A model generated the notes under the pieces. It made no database searches, was not told the origin of the DNA, and was given only the letters and a program-made list of their open reading frames with translations. From positions 9,982,001-10,046,000 of the forward strand of contig OX597824.1 of the NCBI GenBank assembly GCA_951406725.2: a stretch of 64,000 nt of DNA, given 5' to 3'. This stretch comes from Octopus vulgaris. Taxonomy: Eukaryota. The position numbers were made by a program, and so were the translations under genes. Shown here in pieces: positions 37,900-47,796 of the stretch; positions within the stretch are counted from its first letter, which is position 1; the number at the start of each line of letters is the position of its first letter.

Positions 37900-39899
37900 T
37901 TAAAGAAGACACATCCTTAGATATAAGGGTAAGTTGAAACAACTACTAAAATCCCTACAGCTTAGCTTAACACCTTGGGAGAACTTATTGCCTTGATCAA
38001 TCTGAATGGTATAAAATGTGTCATGATGCATCTAAACAATTTGAGTTGAAGAAAGAGAACAATGCAAGAATTATATCCTGCAATCAACAGACACATTTGT
38101 CCAATCCCAGGCAAAATCAAAATCATCATTGTCCCCATTATGACTTCATATCAAAATCCATACCTGGACCCCTTTTGTTTATTTTTTTATTTTTATTTTA
38201 TAAATCTTTTCCTTCAAATACTCTCATGCCGAAATCAACAGGAGTGACCATCATCGTCATCATTATCATTATTATTATTAAGGTGGTGAGCTAGCAGAAT
38301 CGTTAGCACACTGGACGAAATGCTTATCAGTATTTCACCTGTCACTACGTTCTGAGTTCAAATTCCTTCGAGGTCGACTTTGCCTTTTATCCTTTCAGGG
38401 GTCAATAAATTAATTACCAGTGAAACACTGGGATCAATGTAATTGACTTGTCCCCACCCACAAAATTTCAGGCCTTTTGCCTTTAGTAGAAAGGATTGTT
38501 ATTATTATTGAGTGAGAGAGCAGTGCATGCCATCAAAGTGACACTGGGGTAAAATATACAAAGCCCAGTATACCCATCATAACTACCCGCCTGATAAGGG
38601 TACACTAGGAACATACATCACAACCATATGTGCGCGACATGGTGATCTCATATCAAGATAAACAGCGCATGATCTTGCAGGTGGGGGCCCATTTAGAATT
38701 TTCTTCTGGTCGAGTAACCCATCCATTTCAAAAGGTCCCTGAATAAGGGTTGCTTAAGGATGTTGAACGAAACACCCATGTTTCCCAAAGGTGAATTATC
38801 CAAACCTCCAAGAATCCCTCTCAACACATGGCTATGATGCTCCCCCACTACTTCTGCTTGTGATCAGAGATGCACCTATCATCAGCCGCTAAGGGACATG
38901 CTCAACTGGTTACGGTCAAACAACTGACAAGCAAATCTGTGGTATTGAGCAGAATATTTGCTGTAGGCCATCTTTATTATTATTATTGTCATCATTAGTA
39001 GTAGTAGTAGTAATAGTTTCTTCACCATCTGGTTTTAGGGTGCCCTGCTGCTCTTTTCCCTTCAGACTGCCACTTCAGTGCCACCAAGTCACTTTTGCAA
39101 TCTTGTCTGAGAACATGTCCGATCCAGTTCCAGCATCTGTGTCTTATTTCATCATTTAGCTTGTTGTCATCTCAGTTGTGTTATTTCTTTGCATCCACTT
39201 GAATAAGAAGTAAAAAGCTGAAAATTAATTCTAGCTTCACTTCCAAATAATTTGGGAATTTTAAACACTAGAGAGAATGATATGGACATACTATCTGCTG
39301 GAAATAGCAGCCAAATCTTTAATACCATACTGTCTTTAAAAATTAAATAAAAAAGAAAAGAATAAAGCATTATAGTTAGCATTTGTTGACATAAAGGCCT
39401 TTCATAGGTTATCATGCTCTGTAATGGAACTAACGAATGTCATGTAGGTAGTGCACGTGGTTGTCATGGCTACACTTCCGCTTGTCTGACCGACCGTTAA
39501 GTTGAATCTGTCCACTTTCAAGGTAATCAAAAGAATAATTTCGTATTTCCTTGTTCGTGACACTTATAGAAACAAGGAGTTGTGGTATTCATCCATCTCC
39601 CAAGTGCATTAGTTATCACCGACTTATTTGTTATATTGTTTATTGACTTCACTTTTGGTGTGTTTACATCACGTTAAGCCATTCAACAACATTCACCTAG
39701 ATTATCCGGCACCAATAGACATTTCGGCAAGTATACGACTACTTAAAATAATTACAAACTTTTATTTAAAATCATTTTTAAGGTGGAAGAGTGAAGTGAA
39801 AAATAGATTTGAGAAAATAGGAAGAAGAAAATGTACCTGATTTTGTAGGGGGGGACTTGTCTCTGTGAAACATTCAAAAGCTTATAGTATACGTGATGG

Positions 39900-41030
39900 A
39901 TTAACGGAGAATCTTGCCTCCCAGAATATAGAAACATTTCCCATGGCACCAGCTGACAAAATGGAAAAGGTTTTGTCCCGGAGGATAGCGAGGGAGATGC
40001 GTTGGAATAGCCACTCTGACTCCACGGGGTTCGCACTTGCAGACAGTAACCCTGCGTCCACATACTCCCTCCACAACACTGATATCAAGAAATCCTCTTG
40101 CGAGCGTGACCTAGACATCACTGTCAGCAGTGATTTGCGTTGGACAAAGCATATCTCTAAAATTGTCAAGAAGGCCGAGGGTGTCTTGGCATCACTCAGC
40201 AAGACTTTTGTTAGCCGCTCTCCAGCCATCTATTTAAAACTGTATACAGCTATGGTACGACCACACTTGGAATTCGCATCATCAGTTTGGAACCCCTATC
40301 TTGCTCAGAACATTGACCTCCTAGAATCTGTCCAGAGACGTGCAACCAAACGCATACCCTCCATCAGACACCTACCATATTCTGAGCGCCTTGTTTCCCT
40401 GGGCATGGATTCACTGAAGCTCCGGCGTCTGGCGACGGACTTGGTAAACACCCACAAAGTTATCAACCACCTCACCAACAACAACACTGAACACCTTTTT
40501 GATCTCCATGTGTCTAACACAAGTGGACATGCCTACAAAGTCAGAAAACAACACAGCTCCCATGACTTTCGGAAACATTTTTTCACGCTCAGAGTTGCTG
40601 AAGCATGGAATAAACTGCCTGCGTCAGTTGTTGACTGCCATGACACTGCATCCTTTAAGGCCCTCATGCTTTCCGAAATCCGCCGAAGCTACACCTGATT
40701 ATATATACACTTTAGATGAGTTGTAGTGCACCTGAGCACTGTACACAATTATTATTATTATTATAATCTCCGCCCCGATATCGGTAATCAGAGATATGGT
40801 CCGGGGGCCAAGTGTGCTGGAGGTCTGCATTGCTACAAGTTCGACCATAAACCTGTCGGAAAGTTTGACTGTTTTTCTCAGCCTGACGAGCAGCGGAGCC
40901 TGGGTTGGTAGCTGACAACACCAAGCTGCCGCTGGAGGTGCCACAGCATGTGTCATCTGGCATCCCAGATGAAGGGCCTTCCGTCACTGTGAGAGACAAG
41001 ATCCTCCGATAATCCACCATGCACACTATA
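39900..41030 (-). mobile_element. Degenerate CRE-like (restriction-like endonuclease) non-LTR retrotransposon 3' fragment, interrupted by the LINE above
   Basis: Frameshifted pieces SATNPGSAARQAEK, LSDRFMVELVAMQTSSTLGPRTISLITDIG and ESEWLFQRISLAILR resemble the CRE-clade C-terminus (AAAxxAE..K, F.P..VET.G.WG, QRLSLAIQRGN). Confidence 0.7.
40050..40766 (+). mobile_element. 5'-truncated L2/CR1-group LINE (RT C-terminal region plus (TAT)n tail)
   Basis: ERDLDI..SSDLRWTKHI...LYTAMVRPHLEFASSVWNP...LESVQRRATK...FFTLRVAEAWNKLP. Absent at the paralogous site near 54763. Confidence 0.9.
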
Positions 41031-41816
41031 AGCCTAAGGTCTCACAGAGATACATTCTGAGTATAGAAATATACACATATTCTTCTTCCTATCTTTTCAT
41101 TGTTTTTAAAATCAAATCAGTTTTTTTACTTCACCCTTCCTCCTCTGTCTTTTAAGGTTACGCAGGGTGGAAATCAAATCTTTGAGGCGCTTATCCAGAT
41201 TCGTAAAGTATCTAATTGTTTCGTTTTTCACCTAAACAATTTCATTTTTATAATTTCGCTCTATCTCTCATACGAAATGTTTAAAAGTTAAAACATTGAC
41301 TCTTTTTCGTTTTCCTTATAAATGTTTAAAATGTCTTTTTCTACTTTATGTATTTTGATTTTTCTTTTAAACGTTTAAAAGTCATTTCACAGCTCTATAT
41401 ATCTTATAAATAGCACCTTAAAATTCCCAAAGAAGTATCTTCTCAAAGTGTTGTTAGTATGATTTAACCCCAGGTAGGTAAAGTTCTAGATAGCAAGAGA
41501 ACAGACAAAATTCTACTTCCTTCGGGAAAATGGCTTTGCTCAATATGTAGGAAAGGTGTAGGCAGAAATTTTCTGCAGTGAACTCAGTGCAAGCCATGAT
41601 CCATTCTTGAATTAATTCATTTTGGATATGTTCTTGCATGGATCTTCTATTCCTGGCCATTTGTGTTGTAGCCAATGTTCTTCCCTCTTTGTAGCAGCCC
41701 ACATTTCACCTGCTATAAGAGAACGGGTACGACAGTACCATTGAAATCGGACAGTACAAATACTTACAAAATTATATTTTATTTTATTTTATCATTTCTC
41801 TCTAGATAATATTACA

Positions 41817-41955
41817 ATGGCTGATCCCAATTCAGGTAATATTGAGCAAGAAGAGGAGACAAACGTAGGCGAAGATGAGAATGCAGACCAAAGTGAAAGT
41901 AACATTCAGCAAGATGATGGCGAAGGCAGTCAGGAAGGGGATGAAGAAGGTGAAG
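41817..41955 (+). CDS. Unknown acidic protein, copy A, first coding exon
   Basis: Acceptor TTTCTCTCTAG (exon from 41806), ACAATGG start, MADPNSGNIEQEEETNVGEDENADQSESNIQQDDGEGSQEGDEEGE, phase-1 donor G|GTAAC. Confidence 0.7.
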
Positions 41956-43174
41956 GTAACATTCAGGGCTTAGTGACTTTTGGTAATGATTAAAACTTGC
42001 CTTACCTTAACTGCTACATCATATTTTCGCATAATATGATCCCTCATGTATTTAGAGCTAATCCTGCTAATCCTGCCTTAGTCTCAGTGAGACTCATGGT
42101 CTGTATGTTTATCCAGTTCTGATAGCAATAAGGTATTGGCATGGCAGCATGGTAAGATGTTTGGTCCCACTGTGTAGCACTTCAGACAATCATCACCATC
42201 ATCATCATTTAACGTCCGTTTTCCATGCTAGCATGGGTTGGATGGTTTGACCAGGGTCTGGGAAGCCAGGAAGCTGCACCAGGCTCCAGTCTGATCTGGC
42301 AGTGTTTCTACAGCTGGATGCCCTTCCTAACGTCAACCACTCCGTGAGTGTAGTCGGTGCCTTTTACATGCCACTGGCACAAGGGCAGGATGATGTGTCA
42401 TGATGAATCTCCCTGAGAACTACATTAAGGGTAAGCGTGCCTGCAAAGTGGTCAGTCACTTGCGGATCGATTTCTTGGTCAGGCTGTTCCATTGATCAAC
42501 TCAACTGGGACACTCGTCGTCACAACTGACAGAGTACCCAGCAGCAATGCGAGTGAAATAACCAATATCACAACACTCCCCCTGAAAGGGACACCCATAC
42601 ATTTCAGGGTTCAAGACCAGCCATTTTGAAGCAGGTCAGAGCTAAGTTAGTTTTACCAATCTCCTGTAATTTACTGATACTTGACTCTAAAGGGATTAAA
42701 GGCAAAGACGGAAACTGAAAGAAGCCCGTCATGTATATGTATATATATGTGTGTGTGTGTGTTTGTATGTCTCTGTTTGTCCCCACCAACATCGCTTGAC
42801 AACTGATGCTAGTGTGTTTATGTCCCCGTCACTTAGCAGTTTGGCAAAAGAGGCCGATAGAATAAGTACTAGGCTTACAAAGAATAAGTGCTTGGGTCGA
42901 TTTCCTCGACTAAAGGTGGTGCTCCAGCATGGCCGCAGTCAGATGACTGAAACAAGTAAGAGAGTAAGCATTTTGCCTGGTGTACTAACAGTTCTGCTCG
43001 CTCACTGCCTTAGTAGTAATGATAATAATAATAATAATAATAATACTATTGCTTCTACATGTTTATACTGAAAAGAATGTTTTTCCCTTTTTATTTTTTT
43101 CAAATGTTATTCATTTTAATTAATGTTAAAGTTTGTATTATAATAGACATACTGTTCTGGACTTTTGTTTGCAG

Positions 43175-43483
43175 AGGATGTACCTGAATTAGCTCAGGAT
43201 GAAGATGTTGAGTTGCCTGATGATGCATTAACTGATGAGGCTGATCAGTTAGCAAAAGCTGCAAGTGATGTGATGAGTGAAACTGGATCTGCTTTGACAC
43301 AAGGGTCTGAGATATCAGAGGAAGAAGTAGAAGGAGCGGTTGTAAGTGAAGAAGATCAAAATCTTTTACAAACTCCTGTGAGCGTTGACGAAACTGAGGT
43401 TTGTACTTCTCAGGAAGAAGTTGAAGCAACTTCAGCAACAGAATTAGAGCCATTGAAGGAGGAAGAGGCAGCGGAAGAGGAAG
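43175..43483 (+). CDS. Unknown acidic protein, copy A, exon (309 bp, phase 1-1)
   Basis: TTTGCAG|EDVPELAQDEDVELPDD...EEEAAEEE G|GTATG. Frame is open and conserved in copy B with only in-frame indels. Confidence 0.7.
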
Positions 43484-44189
43484 GTATGGACTTTATTAGA
43501 ACAGTGCTTACTTTTTCATTAAGTAAATATCTACTCTGATATTGTTGTGTGGTTAAGATGTTTGCTTTGCAACCCTGTAGTTCAGTCCCACTGTGTGGCA
43601 CCTTGGGCAAGTATCTTCAGCTATAGCCTTGAGCTCACCAAAGCTTTGTGAGTACATTTGTGAGTGGAGGCGCGATGGCCCAGTGGTTAGGGCAGTGGAC
43701 TCGCGGTCATAGGATCGCGGTTTCGATTCCCAGACGGGGCGTTGTGAGTGTTTATTGAGCGAAACCACCTAAAGCTCCACGAGGCTCGGCAGGGGATGGT
43801 GGTGATCCCTGCTGTACTCTTTCACCACAACTTTCTCTCACTCTTACTTCCTGTTTCTGTTGTACCTGTATTTCAAAGGGCCGGCCTTGTCACTCTCTGT
43901 GTCACGCTGAATATCCCCGAGAACTACGTTAAGGGTGCACGTGTCTCTGGAGTGCTCAGCCACTTACACGTTAATTTTCACGAGCAGGCTGTTCCGTTGA
44001 TTCGGATCAACCGGAACCCTCATCGTCGTAACCGACGGAGTGCTTCCAATTCCACATTTGTGAGACAGAAACTGAAAGAAGCCCATCATATGTATGTGTG
44101 TTTGTGTTTGTGTGTGTTTATATCTACTATGAGGTGGTATTAAAACGTTCCCAAACTAGTTATGTTTAATAAGAAATAGACTTATTTAA

Positions 44190-44590
44190 AAATAATACAA
44201 TAATAATGAAATTATTGTATACAGTGCTCAGGTGCACCACAACTTGTCAAAAGTGCGTATAAAGCATATGCAGTAATGTACAAATGTCTGGAAAGCAAAC
44301 AGTGTATGAGTCAGATATATGCTTGTGTGTGTATGGAGGGGAGAAAATCAAGTGTAGTGTTGGCGAATCTCGGGAAGCATGGAAGTTTTGAAGGATGCAG
44401 TGCTTCGACAACTAACAACTGATGCCGGCTGTCTGTTCCATGCTTCAGCAACTCTTAGCATGAAAAAAATGTTTCTAAAAGTCATGGGAGATGTGCTGTT
44501 TTCTGACTTTGTAAACATGTCCACGGGTGTTAGACAGGTGGAATTTGAAAAGGTGCTCAGAGTTATAGTTAGTAAGATGGCTAATAATTT
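44190..44590 (-). mobile_element. L2/CR1-group LINE 3' fragment (further copies at about 50035-50400 and 61545-61930)
   Basis: LRVAEAWN..PASVV..., with the same 3' UTR as 40050-40766. Confidence 0.8.
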
Positions 44591-46194
44591 GTAAGACATA
44601 ACAAAAATTCTCTGAGATTCTTTAGATGAATAGATACACATACTCGGGTGTATGTATTGACAGCTCAACCAACATACCAACTCAACCAACATACCAACTC
44701 AACCAACATACCAACTCAACTACATATCAACACCAGGAACTCTCTTAAACCAAAGTCTTGTCACCTTGTGAGTGACCAGCTTGAACTCTCTTAAAAAGAA
44801 CTTAAATTAAACTGAAAAAAAAATCGTACACACATATTTGTTTGCTTTATGTCGTTGGCACAGGAGTGGCTGTGGGGTAAGTAGCTTGCTTCCCAACCAC
44901 ATGGTTCTGGGTTCAGTCCCATTGCGTAGCACCTTGGGCAAGTGTCTTCTACAATAGCCTTGGGCCGACCAAAGCCTTGTGAGTGGATTTGGTAGACGGA
45001 AACTGAAAGAAGCCCGTCGTATATATGTATATGTATATATGTGTGTCTGTGTTTGTCCCCCACCTCCAACATCACTTGACAACCAGTGGTAGTGTGTTTA
45101 CGTTCCTGTAACTTAGCAGTTCGGTAAAAAAGCCGATAGAATAAGTACTAGGCTTACAAAGAATAAGTCCTGGGGTTGATTTGCTCGACTAAAGGCAGTG
45201 CTCCAGCATGGCCACAATCAAGTGACTGAAACAACTAAAAGAATGTGTGTGTGTGTGTGTTTGTGTTTGTCCCCTCCACCATTGCTTGACAACCAATGCT
45301 GGTATGTTTACGTCCCCGTCACTTAGTGGTTCCGCAAAAGAGTCCAATAAAATAAGTAGTAGGCTTACAAAGAATAAGTGAATTTGTTCTACTAAAGGTG
45401 GCCACAGTCAAATGACTGAAACAAATAAAAGAATAATGATTTCAAATTTTGCCATAAGGTTAGCCATTTTGGGGGAGAGGATTAGTCGATTATATCGACC
45501 CCAGTGTTTTGCTGGTACTTAATTTATCAACACTGAAAGGATAAGTCAACCTCAACGGAATTTGAACTCAGAACATGAAGACAGACAAAATACCTATTTC
45601 TTTACTACCCACAAGGGGCTAAACACAGAGAGGACAAACAAAGACAGACAAATGGATTAAGTCGATTATACCGACCCCAGTCTGTAACTGGTACTTATTT
45701 CATTAACCACAAAAGGATGAAAGGCAAAGTCGACTTTGGCGGAATTTGAACTCAGAACGTAGTGGCAGACAAAATACTACTAAGCATTTCACCCAGCATG
45801 CTAATGATTCTGCCAGCTCACCACCTTAGTATTATGTCTTTATAATAAAAACAATTTTACAATAAACGGTAAAATTACACACACACATATACACACTATG
45901 GGCTTTTCCCAGTTTCCATCTACCAGATCAACTCACAAAGCTTTGGGATGCCCTGGGGCTATAGTAGAAGAGATTTGCCCAAGATGCCACACAGTGGAAC
46001 TGGACCCAAAACCATATAGTTTAGGAACAAAGCATCTTAACCACACAGCCATACCTGTGTCTGTATATATGTGTGTGTGTGTGTGTGTGTGTAAATCCTT
46101 TGTTGCAAGGTATGAACTGAAAAAATGAAGGCTTGTAAAAGTTATTCTTCAATTGTTTTCTTTTCAATCTTTCTTCTTTCTTCTTCTTCTTTAG

Positions 46195-46266
46195 AAGCAG
46201 GTGATGAAGCAGGTGATGAAGCCGTTGATGAAGCAGGTGATGAAGATGCTGAATGTTCTAGCTCAG
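46195..46266 (+). CDS. Unknown acidic protein, copy A, micro-exon (72 bp, phase 1-1)
   Basis: Long pyrimidine tract, TTTAG|EAGDEAGDEAVDEAGDEDAECSSS G|GTGTG. Confidence 0.6.
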
Positions 46267-46808
46267 GTGTGTTTCTGAGGAAGTTAATTACTTGACTACT
46301 CGTGATAATGGACAGAACTGTCAGTGCTACGAAGAGGTGTGCATGTCCTTGTGTGTGTGTGCTTATGTGTGTGTATACAAACACATGCATATGTGTATAC
46401 TTATGTATACACACATAGTGGAGGCGCAATGGCCCAGTGGTTAGGGCAGCAGACTTGCAGTCGTAGAATCGTGGTTTCAATTCTCAGGACGGGCATTGTG
46501 AATGTTTATTGAGCAAAAGCACCTAAAGCTCCACGAGGCTCCGGCAGGGGATGGTGGTGATCCCTGCTGTACTCTTTCACCACAACTTTCTCTCACTCTT
46601 ACTTCCTGTTTCTGTTGTACCTGTATTTCAAAGGGCCGGCCTTGTCACTCTCTGTGTCACGCTGAATATCCCCGAGAACTATGTTAAGGGTACACGTCTC
46701 TGTGGAGTGCTCAGCCACTTATACGTTAATTTCACGAGCAGGCTGTTCCGTTGATCGGATCAACCGGAACCCTTGTTGTCGTAACCGACGGAGTGCTTCC
46801 TTTCCTTA

Positions 46809-47455
46809 TATCAGCTCTGAAAAACCGATAAATAAAACAACACAGCTGATTTCATTCACTAAGCTACACTACTTTATGGTGTGTATCTTTACTGTACATA
46901 TTTTAATATGACTTTATAGGCTTTTACTCTTAATCGATGCTAGTGTCGCCTTGACTGGTGTCCGTGCTGGTGGCACATAAAAAGCAACAACCGATCATGG
47001 CCGTTGCCAGCCTCCTCTGGCCCCTGTGCCAGTGGCACATAAAAAGTACCCACTACACTCTTGGAGTGGTTGGTGTTAGGAAGGGCATCCAGCCGTAGAA
47101 ACACTGCCAGTTCAGACTGGAGCCTGGTGCAGCCTCCTGGCTTCCCAGACCCCTGTTGAACCGTCCAACCCATGCTAGCATGGAAAACGGACGTTAAAAC
47201 AATGATGATGATGATGTACAGTAACATGATTTTATGTGTTTTTTAACGGTTTTCTAGTGATTTTACGATTCCAGTATTTGTGGCGGACAGACGTAAAGTC
47301 GAGTGAAATGACTTGACTTGATTTTTATTTTTCCAATGTTGTTATATTTTCTTGATAACATAATAGGTTAGACAGGATGATGTCGATATTACGATCCTGA
47401 AATTAGCATTAGCTTATCTTACTCTTTCTTACAGAACCCTGGTTGAGAAATGCTG
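46809..47455. mobile_element. Same hAT element, right part (unit B)
   Basis: Starts with the 32196-32220 sequence and ends with TIR GGTTGAGAAATGCTG followed by GTGTATAC. Confidence 0.7.
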
Positions 47456-47796
47456 GTGTATACCCTTCTCTAGACATAACATGATGGTTGTAAATCACTG
47501 TCATCATCATCATCACCATCATCATCATAGAAGCAATGTTGTTTGCTTCCAGTCTTCTTTGAAAAACATGTCTGGTCATGGGAAAATATTTTTTTGCATG
47601 AAAAGAATGGTGAGGGTTGGCAACAGGAAGAGCCTCCAGCTGTAGAATATCTGCCTCTACAAATTCCATCTGACCCATGCAAGCATGGAAATATAAACAT
47701 CACCCATAAATTTTAGATATTTTCTTGTTGGTTTTATTTTTTCTCTTTCCTTTTAATTCATTTTGCTGTTTTTCTCTTTCTTTTTTTCTTATCCAG

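Noticed and set aside
39865-40698. 277-aa ORF that looks like a standalone gene
   Set aside because: Chance in-frame fusion of antisense CRE-like sequence to a 5'-truncated LINE RT fragment. It starts at GTG and the paralogous site lacks the insert.
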